The notes beneath the pieces are model-generated. The model saw only the letters and a program-made list of their open reading frames with translations, made no database searches and was not told the DNA's origin. Of a stretch of 64,000 bases of DNA, positions 29,313-39,124 are shown piece after piece. Position numbers and translations under genes: made by a program. Where the stretch lies: NCBI GenBank assembly GCA_040905565.1, contig JBBDRF010000005.1, forward strand, positions 64,001 to 128,000. Direction: 5' to 3'. The stretch's first letter is position 1, and each line of letters begins with the position of its first letter. The stretch is from Phycisphaeraceae bacterium (GTDB lineage Bacteria; Planctomycetota; Phycisphaerae; Phycisphaerales; Zrk34).

Positions 29313-30728
29313 TCAGGCATCCTGAAGATCGAGGGCGTGGGTCATCATGTCGTGCAGCGTGGTGTTGTCCTGCATGTATTTCAGGCGTTCGGAGCAGGGG
29401 CCGTACGTCCACGCTTCGACGTAGTCGGAGGTGTGATAATTGCCCACCCAGCCGATGTCCGTATGGTTCGCGATCAGTTGACCGAGTACGGCACTCGTCC
29501 CGTTCATGCGGCCGTACGCAGCGGCCCACTCGTCGTTGAGCCGTTCCTTCAGCGTGCGGGCCTGACTGGAGGTGAAGCGAATCTTCGTAACTTCCTCAAT
29601 GCGATCGCGGATGTCGGCGACGGTGCTGTCGCCGTTGATGCCGTCGAGCGTGGGGCTGTGGGTGCCGGTGAACTTGGTTAGCGTCTCGAAAGGACGCTCT
29701 CCCCCGTTGCCGCCGGAGTTAAGGCCGGGGTTCGCGTTGCCGTGGTCGGTGGTCAAGATGACCAGCGTATCGTCCCGGTTGCGTGCGTATTCGACTGCGG
29801 CACCGACCGCTTCATCGAAAGCGATCTGGTCGAAGATGAGCCCGCCGATGTCGTTCGCGTGAGCGGCATGGTCGACGCGACCGCCCTCCACCTGCATCAC
29901 GAACCCGTCGCCGCGGGCCGTCAGAATCTCCAGCGCCTTCGTGGTGAGCTCCGCCAGTGAAGGCACATCGGCCTTGAGGCTGTCGCTGTTCACGCGGTCG
30001 AGTTCATACGGGAGGTGCCCCCGGCCGAAGCAGCCGAACACCTGCTTCGCGCTCGCATCGATCGCATCAAGCTCCGCGCGTTTGCGTGCCACGGCATACC
30101 CGGCACTGGCGAACTTCTCAAAAAGATCCACGTCGTCAGGCCGATCGCCCGCGGTGAAATGTTCCTCCCCGCCGCCGAGCAACACATCGATCTTCCGCTC
30201 GAAATATTGCGTGGCGATCTGGTGCTGATGGCCGCGGCTGGGCACGTTCGCAGCAAAACCGGCGGGGGTCGCGTGCGTCAATTGCGTCGTCGTAACAAGG
30301 GCCGTCGCCAGCCCCGCTTCGCGTGCCTTGGTGTGGATCGGCGGACGCGCTTCGCCCTGCGGGTCGATGTTGACCGCACCGTTAAGCACGCGGTGCCCGC
30401 AGCCCCAGCTCGATGCGCCGGCCGCCGAGTCGGTCACAATCGAGTTTGCCGACGACGTATCCACAAGCCCCCGCTTGCCCACGCCCTCCTCCAGCAGCGC
30501 GATCCAGTTCGAAGGCCGATCGTCGTGCCAACGCAGATACTGGTCCGCCATGGTGAGCGTTCCCGTGCTCATGCCGTCGGCGACGAGGAAGATGACATTC
30601 TTCGCCGACCCGCGTTCACCAACCTTGCCGTTGGAGGCTTCGCCTGCATACGCCCGGCTGCTAAGCCCACCCGTCCCGGCCAACACTGAACTGGCCAACC
30701 CGGCCTGCAAAAATCGACGACGTTTCAT
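29313..30728 (-). CDS. Alkaline phosphatase (PhoA family) with Tat signal
   Basis: MKRRRFLQ; FLVADGM, VTDSAAG (phospho-Ser), HATPA, VEGGRVDHAAH, TTDHG; AAGGAG RBS. Confidence 0.92.
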   Translation of the reverse strand: MKRRRFLQAGLASSVLAGTGGLSSRAYAGEASNGKVGERGSAKNVIFLVADGMSTGTLTMADQYLRWHDDRPSNWIALLEEGVGKRGLVDTSSANSIVTDSAAGASSWGCGHRVLNGAVNIDPQGEARPPIHTKAREAGLATALVTTTQLTHATPAGFAANVPSRGHQHQIATQYFERKIDVLLGGGEEHFTAGDRPDDVDLFEKFASAGYAVARKRAELDAIDASAKQVFGCFGRGHLPYELDRVNSDSLKADVPSLAELTTKALEILTARGDGFVMQVEGGRVDHAAHANDIGGLIFDQIAFDEAVGAAVEYARNRDDTLVILTTDHGNANPGLNSGGNGGERPFETLTKFTGTHSPTLDGINGDSTVADIRDRIEEVTKIRFTSSQARTLKERLNDEWAAAYGRMNGTSAVLGQLIANHTDIGWVGNYHTSDYVEAWTYGPCSERLKYMQDNTTLHDMMTHALDLQDA

Positions 30729-30829
30729 ATCCATCTCCTTCGTGTGAGTCCCCCCCAAGGTATCGGCTCCCTCCCGCAGCGGCAACGCCGACCCACACGC
30801 TCATCGAATTCACACAAAATGCCGGACGA

Positions 30830-31417
30830 TTAACCCCTTCGCGCACCATGTGCGTACTGATCGTAAACTTCGCGCAATGCGGTGCGAAGGTTACCGCGGT
30901 GTCGGCGGTGCAGGGCGATGGCATCGGTCGGCTGCGGCGGCGCGTCGGCACGCGTCAGCAACTCGTCCATCAGCGTTTGCAGCAGCACAGGGTCCGTCTG
31001 TGTGCGCAGCAGGATCGGCAGTCGCCTCCCCCAGTGAGCTGTGATGATCAGACCGCCGGCCTTGCGCGCCCGACGCTGAAACGCCCACCAGCGCCACGGC
31101 AACAGGTGGCCTGCACCATCGAACAGGATGACATCCCGGCTGGTCAGTTCATGCGTCAACGTGTGCGCCACAGCCTTGGAGAATCGGCGTCGGTCCCGCG
31201 TGATCTGTATCCATCGTGTCCGGTAGCCGTCGGCTTCCAGCCGTTCGCCCAGTTGCTGCAGTAGTGTGGTCTTGCCTGATCCTTGCGGGCCGACGATCGC
31301 AGCCCGGCGATTCAGTTGCGTCAGCCGTGCTTCCAAAGCCGTCCAGTTGGTGCCCTGCGGTCGAAACGGCAGGGCTTCGAGTTGCTGCATCCGGAATGGA
31401 TTGTCGCAGGGTCGCAT
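30830..31417 (-). CDS. Small P-loop ATPase (AAA+/DnaA-Hda-like)
   Basis: N-terminal NPF, Walker A GPQGSGKTT, Walker B ILFDG, GNLR..LR..YD. Confidence 0.75.
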   Translation of the reverse strand: MRPCDNPFRMQQLEALPFRPQGTNWTALEARLTQLNRRAAIVGPQGSGKTTLLQQLGERLEADGYRTRWIQITRDRRRFSKAVAHTLTHELTSRDVILFDGAGHLLPWRWWAFQRRARKAGGLIITAHWGRRLPILLRTQTDPVLLQTLMDELLTRADAPPQPTDAIALHRRHRGNLRTALREVYDQYAHGARRG

Positions 31418-31806
31418 CACGGTGCAGACGCAGCAGCCGGATCCAATTCCGCCAGGTCGATCTCCCGCCCTTCAGGGGCAATGACCAGATCGACGCGTTT
31501 GGAATGCTTGCCGTCCACAATCAGCTCCAGCGCCCACCGCAAGGTGATGAGCGTACCAGAGAAGCTGTACGGTTCAGCAGGCAGGGTGAACTCGAACAGC
31601 TGTGCGTCCACCGCTGCGGGGGCTTCATAAGGATGGGTCAGGACGACGCGGACATCCTGGTCGCCCTTGCCTTCGGTGTACCAGCTCAGCCGAACCTCCG
31701 CGTTGGTCGGCGGCTCTTCAAGCTCCCAGCCGGCCATACCGTGAAGCATCTGCCCGGGCTGGAAGTGCGTCTGGTCCTCGTGTGTTTCCAGGCGTAGCTC
31801 AGGCAT
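31417..31806 (-). CDS. Small beta-sandwich protein, arrestin-N/Spo0M-like
   Basis: F.PG..L.G, EVRLSWYTEGKG, FEFTLPAEPYSFSGTLITLRWALE; overlaps both neighbours. Confidence 0.6.
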   Translation of the reverse strand: MPELRLETHEDQTHFQPGQMLHGMAGWELEEPPTNAEVRLSWYTEGKGDQDVRVVLTHPYEAPAAVDAQLFEFTLPAEPYSFSGTLITLRWALELIVDGKHSKRVDLVIAPEGREIDLAELDPAAASAP

Positions 31807-33544
31807 GGGTCAGCTCCCGCGGTAGAACGGTGATTGCGAACGACTGGTTAAGGTCCGGCCAGAATGGAATCACGCCGTGCACACGCAGCACCCAGACGAC
31901 CTTGTTGTGATCGGCTTCGAAAGAATGCATCGCCCCGGCGGGCACCTCACCAATCGCACTGTCACGCAGGATGCTGATCGGGTCGGTGCGGTCGGCGAGG
32001 ACCTGCTCGATGAAGGTATGCGTATCGGTGTGTGTGTTTGTCCCCCGTCGGTACTCCGCATGCTCCTGACCTTCGAGCGTGACAGTCAGGTGCTTCACCC
32101 GCTGCGTGTTGCCCTTGAGTTGCCACTGGATTTCGAGGGGGTCGCCGAGCCTTGGGTTGGCGCTGCTGACCTGCATCACGACGGTCGGGTTGAACAGCCG
32201 CATCGCTTGATAGATGGTGCCGAGCGCGACGGCTGCCCCGATGAGGATGAAGATGCCCGAGAAGAAGCCGTAGCCCATGTCGGGGACCATGAGTCCGTGG
32301 ACGAAGCCGTTCCACGCCACCGCGAATAGCAGCAGAAAGATGAACGTCACCCACCGCGGCTCCGTCGCCTTTAACGTGACCGGCCCAGTCGTCGTCGCTG
32401 CGCCACCGCTTGCATAGGAAGAGGACGCCCCCGCAAAGCTGCTGCTTACCCCACCACCTGCAACCGAGCCGAGCCCCCCCGCCGCCGCCTGCCGACGCTG
32501 CGAGACGAACATCCCGATCAACCCGCCGATCCCCACGATCGGAAAGACCAGGGTGAGCGCCCCGAGCCAGATTCCCGTCGTAAAATCGCGATTGAGCACC
32601 GCATTCCCCGGGTCGTCCGGATCACAGTAGGCCTGTGCCGTTGAGCCGACGGGGTGATCGTCCACCACCGCCTGCTTGCCGGATTGTCCGCTGGAGGTCA
32701 CGTTCCCCATGAAGTCGTACTGCGTAGAGCGGTAGGTGCGGCCGTCCACTTCGTATTCGTACTCAATGTCGATGCTGTACGTGGTGCTATCGCTCCCGCG
32801 ATGGACCCCGACCGAACTGCTGAGAATGGTGCAGTCGATGGCTTGCCAGTTCTGCGCCTGCCAGACATTGATGGCAGGGATGATGAAGAACATGACCGGA
32901 AAGATGCCGCCGAACAGCGTAAAAATCAGGAAGAATCCGGCAAGCGCGCGCTTGCCGTTCCGCGCGTTATTCGCCGTGCCGATTGAGACGGCGGCGTCGT
33001 TCTCAGCCGTTCCCTTCGTGGGCCCGGCCCGCCATGTGAAGTAAACGCCGCCCAGCCCGATGCCGACGAAAACCAGCGGCAGCAACAGGAACGCCGCCAG
33101 TGGACCCCAGTCCCCCACCGCCGGCTGCTCCAGCACCGCCTCGGCGGGATCCGACGGATTTACATAACAGGTGACCGCCTCGCCCGGCGGATACCGATCC
33201 ACAAGCGACGCCACCTCACCGTGTTCCCGCGTCCGCGAATCATTCCGCTGATAGCGGTCGCTGACGTACGATTCGCCCTCCACCTCATACCGATACCTAA
33301 CGGTAAAAAGGTACGGGTTCTCCTTCTCGCGATCCTCTTCAAGCTCGCTGACCTCGATCACCGCAGGCGTCTCGGTCCAGCTGTACTGGGCCAGTTGTCC
33401 GGTCAGCTCCGAGATCATCATCAGCAGGAAACCCGTTCCCGCTGCAAAGAAAATCAGAAAGAACAGCGACGCAAAAATCTTCCCCGGAATGCTGGTCGGC
33501 ATCCCGCTACGCCGACCACGCGACGGTCCGATTCTGATCCCCAT
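31799..33544 (-). CDS. Membrane protein with two DUF3592 domains and a C-terminal arrestin-like domain
   Basis: Two repeats of W...(P/C)..I..S...Y.YEV.G..Y.S...YP/HP.G....Y..P.DP..AVL between TM helices; AGGAG RBS. Confidence 0.8.
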   Translation of the reverse strand: MGIRIGPSRGRRSGMPTSIPGKIFASLFFLIFFAAGTGFLLMMISELTGQLAQYSWTETPAVIEVSELEEDREKENPYLFTVRYRYEVEGESYVSDRYQRNDSRTREHGEVASLVDRYPPGEAVTCYVNPSDPAEAVLEQPAVGDWGPLAAFLLLPLVFVGIGLGGVYFTWRAGPTKGTAENDAAVSIGTANNARNGKRALAGFFLIFTLFGGIFPVMFFIIPAINVWQAQNWQAIDCTILSSSVGVHRGSDSTTYSIDIEYEYEVDGRTYRSTQYDFMGNVTSSGQSGKQAVVDDHPVGSTAQAYCDPDDPGNAVLNRDFTTGIWLGALTLVFPIVGIGGLIGMFVSQRRQAAAGGLGSVAGGGVSSSFAGASSSYASGGAATTTGPVTLKATEPRWVTFIFLLLFAVAWNGFVHGLMVPDMGYGFFSGIFILIGAAVALGTIYQAMRLFNPTVVMQVSSANPRLGDPLEIQWQLKGNTQRVKHLTVTLEGQEHAEYRRGTNTHTDTHTFIEQVLADRTDPISILRDSAIGEVPAGAMHSFEADHNKVVWVLRVHGVIPFWPDLNQSFAITVLPRELTHA

Positions 33545-33760
33545 GCGAATTGCTCCTGCCAGACTACCCCGATTACGCCGCGATCACCGTACAAACCAAA
33601 CACTCGGCCAGTCTACAAAGCCACCCCCGCCGCGCAAAGCGCGTCGTTCCACACAGCCCCGGCCTTGGCCTGCGTTCCCACCCCCATCTTCCCAAATCCG
33701 CCACGCATGGGTAACGTAGCCGTGATTCAACGTGTCATGATCAACCTCTGGAGATTCCCT

Positions 33761-34954
33761 ATGGCGACGCCCGCCCTCAACCGTTCGCTAGCCACCACCA
33801 TGTTCGCCGCTGGCCTCCTGCTCCTTACCTTCACCGCCACGCAGGCCCAGCAGACCGAGCCGCAGTTCCGCGTGCTCAAGCTCGGCCTCGACGCCAACGA
33901 AGGCTCCGCCATCGCAGACATCAACGGCGACGGCAAGCTCGACGTCGTCGCAGGGCGAAACTGGTACGCCAATCCCGATTTCAAGCCACGCCCGCTTCGC
34001 AACATCGACGACACCAACGGCTACACCCACTCCAACGGCGACCACATCGTCGACGTCAACGGCGACGGCCGACCGGACGTCGTCGCACAATCCTTCTTCG
34101 GCCCCCAAATCCACTGGTACGAAAACCCCGGCGGAACCGGCCTTGAGCGCGGCCACCTCTGGCAACAGCACCTGCTCAGCGAACAAGGCGGCGGCGCCAA
34201 CGAAGCCAGCTTCCTCCACGATATCACCGGCGACGGCGACAACGAATTCATCGTCAACAGTTGGGGCAATCAGCCCGTCCTCCTGTTCACCTTCACCCAG
34301 AATGACGACGGCACCCCGGCCCTCACCCGCCACGAAATCGGCCCCGGCGGGCACGGCCACGGCATGGGCTTCGGCGATCTCAACGGCGACGGTCGTGTCG
34401 ATATCCTCGTCGGCGCAGGCTGGTACGAGCACCCCGAGGGCGACCCCCTCACCGAAACGTGGACCTTTCACGATGCGTGGAACCACGCCGGCGCCAGCTG
34501 CCCGATGCTCGTGGCGGACATCAACGGCGACGGCCGCAACGACATCATCTGGGGCAACGGGCACGACTTCGGGCTGCACTGGGAAGAACAGCTCGAGCCG
34601 GCAGACGACGGAACGCTGCGCTTCCGCCGTCACCTCATCGACGACAGCTGGTCGCAAGCCCACGTGCTCCATCTCGCCGACCTCACCGGCGACGGCAAAC
34701 CCGAACTGATCACCGGCAAACGCAAGTGGGGCCACAACGGCGGCGACGCCGGCGCTGACGAACCGCAGATCCTGTACTACTACACGTGGAACCAGGACGG
34801 CGAATTTGTGCGCCACCAGATCGCCGAAGGCGTGGGGACCGGGCTTCAGATCAACACCGGCGACCTCACCGGCAACGGCCGTCCCGATATCGTCGTCAAT
34901 GGCAAACAAGGCGCGTTTATCGTCTTCAACGAAGGTCCCAGCGACGCCGACTGA
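33761..34954 (+). CDS. Secreted FG-GAP/VCBS repeat beta-propeller protein
   Basis: Signal peptide; seven D-(I/V/L)-(N/T)-G-(D/N)-G repeats and WYE motifs. Confidence 0.88.
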   Translation: MATPALNRSLATTMFAAGLLLLTFTATQAQQTEPQFRVLKLGLDANEGSAIADINGDGKLDVVAGRNWYANPDFKPRPLRNIDDTNGYTHSNGDHIVDVNGDGRPDVVAQSFFGPQIHWYENPGGTGLERGHLWQQHLLSEQGGGANEASFLHDITGDGDNEFIVNSWGNQPVLLFTFTQNDDGTPALTRHEIGPGGHGHGMGFGDLNGDGRVDILVGAGWYEHPEGDPLTETWTFHDAWNHAGASCPMLVADINGDGRNDIIWGNGHDFGLHWEEQLEPADDGTLRFRRHLIDDSWSQAHVLHLADLTGDGKPELITGKRKWGHNGGDAGADEPQILYYYTWNQDGEFVRHQIAEGVGTGLQINTGDLTGNGRPDIVVNGKQGAFIVFNEGPSDAD

Positions 34955-34980
34955 CCTTCGTTCGCTGCGTAGACTGTGAC

Positions 34981-35814
34981 ATGACCAGCTCGCCTGCATC
35001 CCTGGAGCAGCGCCTTGAAGCGGTGATCCGTCCGTGCGGACAACTGCTGACGGCGTACAGCGGCGGCGTCGATTCAACCTTGGTCGCTGTGGCGGCGCGG
35101 CGGGTACTCGGGCGATCCAACGCCCCCGCAGCCGTGGGTGATTCCGCCTCACTACCACGCCGTGAGCTTGAAGAGGCGCGACGCATTGCCGAGCAGACCG
35201 ACTTGGAACTCGTCGAGATCAACCCCGGCGAGCAGCAGGATTCCCGCTACCAGGCCAACGCAGGCGACCGCTGCTACTTTTGCAAGACGCACCTTTATGC
35301 CGCCCTGCACGATCTCGCGAACGCACGAGGGATTCGCTGCATCGCCAACGGCACCAATGCCGACGATCTCGGCGACCATCGCCCCGGCCTGCGTGCAGCC
35401 GACGAAGCGCAGATCGTGAGCCCATTGCTGGAAGCGGGGCTGACCAAGGCGGATGTCCGCACGCTGGCCGAACACTATCGGCTGCCGAATGCCGACAAAC
35501 CCGCCGCCGCCTGCCTCGCCAGCCGCATCCCGTACGGCACGGCCGTGACCGCCGAACGCCTGACGCGCGTTGAGCGTGCAGAGGATGCGCTCTACACGTT
35601 GGGGTTCAGAGGTTTTCGGGTGCGTCATCATGAGACGGTCGCGCGGATCGAACTGCCGCCCGATCAGTGGCCGCGTCTGCTTGATCCCGCCGTTCGTGAG
35701 CAGGTGATCGAAAAGCTCCAGGCCGTCGGCTACACGTACATCACGCTCGACCTCGCAGGCTTCCGTAGCGGCTCCAGCAATGCGATGCTGAACGCGGCCG
35801 GCGACCGCGCGTGA
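34981..35814 (+). CDS. larE: ATP-dependent sulfur transferase LarE
   Basis: PP-loop YSGGVDS, NAGDRCYFCK, GTNADDLGDHRPG, CLASRIPYG, RVRHH, GFRSGS. Confidence 0.92.
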   Translation: MTSSPASLEQRLEAVIRPCGQLLTAYSGGVDSTLVAVAARRVLGRSNAPAAVGDSASLPRRELEEARRIAEQTDLELVEINPGEQQDSRYQANAGDRCYFCKTHLYAALHDLANARGIRCIANGTNADDLGDHRPGLRAADEAQIVSPLLEAGLTKADVRTLAEHYRLPNADKPAAACLASRIPYGTAVTAERLTRVERAEDALYTLGFRGFRVRHHETVARIELPPDQWPRLLDPAVREQVIEKLQAVGYTYITLDLAGFRSGSSNAMLNAAGDRA

Positions 35815-35956
35815 TTGTCCACGCATTAGCGGTTAGCATGCAGCCTGAATCAAGAGACGGCATCGCCAAAAACCGGTCCTCTTTCGCCCCTATCGCAGCC
35901 CCTCGGCTCGCGCTGTGACGTGGGAAGCGACAGCGGACGCCGACGGAATCACTTGC

Positions 35957-37570
35957 ATGAATCTTCTAGATTACCTGCCCCTGCTCTCGTTCCTCTTCTT
36001 CACCGGCCTTGTCGGATTCACCACATGGTGGCTGACGCACCGCGACGATCACAGCCGATCGTCCAGCAACTATTTCCTTGCCGGTCGGTCGCTCAGCTTC
36101 GGCGTCATCGCCGGCTCGCTGATGCTGACCAACCTTTCGACTGAACAACTGGTCGGGCTCAACGGTGCAGCTTTCAAGGATGGGTTCGTGGTGATGGCGT
36201 GGGAGGTGATTCCCGCCTTCGCCCTCGTGCTGATGGCCCTGTTCTTCCTGCCCTACTACCTCCGCAGCGGCATCGCCACCGTCCCGCAGTTTCTCCACGA
36301 GCGCTTCGATACCACCACCCGCACGATCACGACGTTGATCTTTATCGTCGCATACGCCGCCATTCTGCTGCCGATCATTCTCTACACCGGAGCCACCGGC
36401 CTGATCTCCATGCTCGACATGGAAACCCTGCTGGGCGTGGAGACGCGCACATCGGCCCTGTGGATCATGGTCTGGGTCATCGGCCTTATCGGCTCGGTGT
36501 ACGCGATCTTCGGCGGCCTGCGCACCGTCGCCATCTCCGACACGATCAACGGCATCGGGCTGCTCATCGGCGGCTTGCTGATCGCATGGCTCGGCCTGCA
36601 GGCCGTGGGCGACGGCAACGCGTTCACCGGGCTGAGCACACTCGTCGAGGAGCACCCCGAGAAGTTCGAATCCATCGGCACCGCGGAGCAATCCGTCCCC
36701 TTCTCCACCATCTTCACCGGCGTGCTGCTGCTGAACCTCTTCTACTGGTGCACGAACCAGCAGATCATTCAGCGTACCTTCGGCGCAAGCAATCTCGCTG
36801 AAGGCCAGAAGGGCGTGCTGCTGGCGGGCGGGCTGAAAATCTTCACGCCGTTGATCCTCGTGCTGCCCGGCGTCATCGCGTTCCACCTCTACGCCGACCA
36901 GATCGGCCCGGATGATGCGGACAACGCTTACGGCATGCTGGTGCTCAACATCCTCCCGTTCTGGCTCACTGGCTTTTTCGCAGCGGTCGTCGTCGGCGCG
37001 GTGCTCAGCTCGTTTAACTCCGCACTCAACAGCTGCGCCACGCTATTCAGCTACGGCGTCTACAAGAGCATGGCGAGGCCACAAGCCGAGGACGCCGAGG
37101 TGATTCGAGCCGGCAAATATTTCGCCACCGTGATCGCCTTGATCGCCATGCTGATCGCCCCGTTTCTCGCGGGCTTCCCCAGCATCTTCGCGTACCTTCA
37201 GCAGATGAACGGGTTGTACTTCATCCCGATTTTTGCGGTGCTTATCGTCGGCATCCTCTTCCGCCGCGTTCCGGCGGTTGCCGCAAACGTGGCGCTGATC
37301 GTCGGCTGCTTGGCCATCGCCGCCGGCTACTTCATTCCCGCGCTGAACGTCTACGTCGACCGCATGCACGAGTTCCACTTCCTCGGCGCCGTGTTCATCA
37401 CGCTGGTCGCGATCATGCTCGTAATCGGTGCGCTCAAACCCCGTGCGGAAGGCTGGCAACAGATCTATTCCGGCGACGTCGACATGACCCCCTGGCCCCA
37501 CGCCAAATGGGTTTCCGGACTGCTGCTGCTCATCGTGGTGGTGATCTACGTCACCCTCGCCAACATCTAG
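35957..37570 (+). CDS. Sodium:solute symporter (SSS, YidK-like)
   Basis: YFLAGRSL, LTNLSTEQLVGLNG, YWCTNQQIIQR, SSFNSALNS; many TM helices. Confidence 0.93.
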   Translation: MNLLDYLPLLSFLFFTGLVGFTTWWLTHRDDHSRSSSNYFLAGRSLSFGVIAGSLMLTNLSTEQLVGLNGAAFKDGFVVMAWEVIPAFALVLMALFFLPYYLRSGIATVPQFLHERFDTTTRTITTLIFIVAYAAILLPIILYTGATGLISMLDMETLLGVETRTSALWIMVWVIGLIGSVYAIFGGLRTVAISDTINGIGLLIGGLLIAWLGLQAVGDGNAFTGLSTLVEEHPEKFESIGTAEQSVPFSTIFTGVLLLNLFYWCTNQQIIQRTFGASNLAEGQKGVLLAGGLKIFTPLILVLPGVIAFHLYADQIGPDDADNAYGMLVLNILPFWLTGFFAAVVVGAVLSSFNSALNSCATLFSYGVYKSMARPQAEDAEVIRAGKYFATVIALIAMLIAPFLAGFPSIFAYLQQMNGLYFIPIFAVLIVGILFRRVPAVAANVALIVGCLAIAAGYFIPALNVYVDRMHEFHFLGAVFITLVAIMLVIGALKPRAEGWQQIYSGDVDMTPWPHAKWVSGLLLLIVVVIYVTLANI

Positions 37571-37820
37571 CTCACCAGGCGGGCGAAACTGAAAAAAACG
37601 CGCATTTCCCTGTGCGATCGAAGTACGTGCGTGTCAGCGAGATGTGCAAGTACGCCGTAGTTTTTTGGGATTTTTTGATAATCCGCAGGAACTTCCTGCC
37701 GCTCTTTTCGTCTAAACGGCCAAGATGCAACACGGATTGCAGATGACCATTGGCTTCCGTGCGTTGAGGTCGCAACTTTTTTGGTTGAGTTGTGCCGCGC
37801 ACGCATACGAAGGAGACATC

Positions 37821-38303
37821 ATGTCCCAGATCGTTCACACGAATCGTACCCGGATCAGTTTCGCAGCCGTCGCATTGATGGCCTTGGCCGCGTTGGCGAT
37901 CGGATTCGACCGAGCCTCGGCTCAGGCTGAGGGCGAGGAGTTGCGTGTCGGCACGTATCAGCCTCAGCAGGCTTTCCAGATGTACCATCGCACCGCTGCT
38001 TTCCAGCAGGAGATGCAGGAGCTTCAGGCGCAGGCGCAGGAGACGGAGCCGGAGCAACTGGCGCAGCTGCAGCAGCAGGCAGAGCAGATGCAGCAGGAGG
38101 TTATTCAGCAGTTCGAGCGCGATGTGAAGAATGCGGTTCCGGAGATCGCCGAGCAAGCGAACGTCGATCTTGTCGCCGTGGAGGTCGTCTACACCGCACC
38201 GGGCGTCGAGCAGGAAGATGTGACCGAAAGCGTCGTCGAAAAGATCAACGAAGGCGCCGAAGCACCGGCTCAGAACGAACTGCCCGCCCTCCCGGGGCGC
38301 TGA
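37821..38303 (+). CDS. Secreted Skp/OmpH-like protein
   Basis: Signal peptide (ASAQA); RVG, Gln-rich coiled coil, IAEQANVDLV, DVTESVV; AAGGAG RBS. Confidence 0.6.
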   Translation: MSQIVHTNRTRISFAAVALMALAALAIGFDRASAQAEGEELRVGTYQPQQAFQMYHRTAAFQQEMQELQAQAQETEPEQLAQLQQQAEQMQQEVIQQFERDVKNAVPEIAEQANVDLVAVEVVYTAPGVEQEDVTESVVEKINEGAEAPAQNELPALPGR

Positions 38304-38354
38304 TCTGAAACACAATCGGCCGCGTCGGTGAACAAATCACGACGCAACCTGCCC

Positions 38355-38394
38355 ACGCTTCCGCGCCATTTTCAGGCGCGGAAGCGTTTTTTTT
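38355..38394 (+). terminator. Rho-independent terminator
   Basis: ACGCTTCCGCGCC-attttca-GGCGCGGAAGCGT followed by a T run. Confidence 0.85.
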
Positions 38395-38506
38395 GACTGT
38401 CTAACGTGCAGCGAGCTTTGTCGTCGGCGGTCAATCTGGCAGCCTGCGGCCCCGCCAGCCTCGCCGCAACTCACTGTCTCACCGGCACATCCTCTGGTAT
38501 CGAACC

Positions 38507-38522
38507 TGGCACGGCAATTGCA
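38507..38522 (+). promoter_or_regulatory. Sigma54 (-24/-12) promoter of hsp20
   Basis: TGGCACGGCAATTGCA matches TGGCAC-N5-TTGCW exactly, about 90 bp upstream of the hsp20 ATG. Confidence 0.8.
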
Positions 38523-38609
38523 AAATGACCAGCGGCGACCGAGCAGGCCGGCGTCGGTCGCGAATCCGCTGCTGCGTGCCGCCGGCCGAACACCAAGAGG
38601 AGATTTGCC

Positions 38610-39038
38610 ATGCTGCCCACCTTACGACGCTCCGGAGTTGATCCCTTTGAGCCGTTCACCCGTGATATCGAGCGCATGCTTGGTGCATGGAACGCCGCCG
38701 GAACAAGCGACGTCACCGCCAGCTATCCCGTCGATATTCGTGAGGACGACGAAAACATCTACGTTGAAGCCGAGTTACCCGGCTTCGAGAAGAACGAAGT
38801 GGACGTCACCATCGAGAACGGCGTGCTGACCATTGATGCCCGACGCAAGCGCGAGAAGGCGGAAGACAAAGGCACGCAACACCTGCAGGAGCGACGTTTC
38901 CACCACGTCCGCCGCAGCTTCACGATGCCCACCAGCGTCGACACGAACAACGTCGAGGCCTCGCTGGACAACGGCATCTTGAAACTGCAACTGCACAAGT
39001 CCGAAGAAGTCCGTCCCCGCCGTATCGAACTTAAGTAA
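38610..39038 (+). CDS. Small heat shock protein Hsp20
   Basis: YPVDIRED, AELPG, ERR...RRSF, ASLDNGIL, RPRRIE; GAGGAG RBS. Confidence 0.95.
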   Translation: MLPTLRRSGVDPFEPFTRDIERMLGAWNAAGTSDVTASYPVDIREDDENIYVEAELPGFEKNEVDVTIENGVLTIDARRKREKAEDKGTQHLQERRFHHVRRSFTMPTSVDTNNVEASLDNGILKLQLHKSEEVRPRRIELK

Positions 39039-39052
39039 AACCCACTGTTCAT

Positions 39053-39103
39053 CAATCTATAAATAGACCGGCTGCGCGCGCAGCCGGTCTATTTTATAGA
39101 TTG
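39053..39103. terminator. Long palindrome, probable bidirectional terminator
   Basis: Perfect 34-bp palindrome at 39061-39094, extended by CAATCTAT/ATAGATTG; lies between convergent genes. Confidence 0.75.
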
Positions 39104-39124
39104 TCATTCTCTTCACGCGCGCCT

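Noticed and set aside
33221..33760. Long N-terminal extensions in the ORF track (FG-GAP protein, larE, proS, acyltransferase, DHOD-like)
   Set aside because: They overlap neighbouring genes; downstream starts with an RBS or a family-typical N-terminus fit better.
33900..34900. Recurrent ACGGCGACGGC DNA repeats
   Set aside because: They encode the FG-GAP DxxGDG protein repeats.
38475..38489. TGT-N9-ACA near the sigma54 promoter as a NifA UAS
   Set aside because: Spacing is N9 rather than N10, and it is too close to the -24 element.
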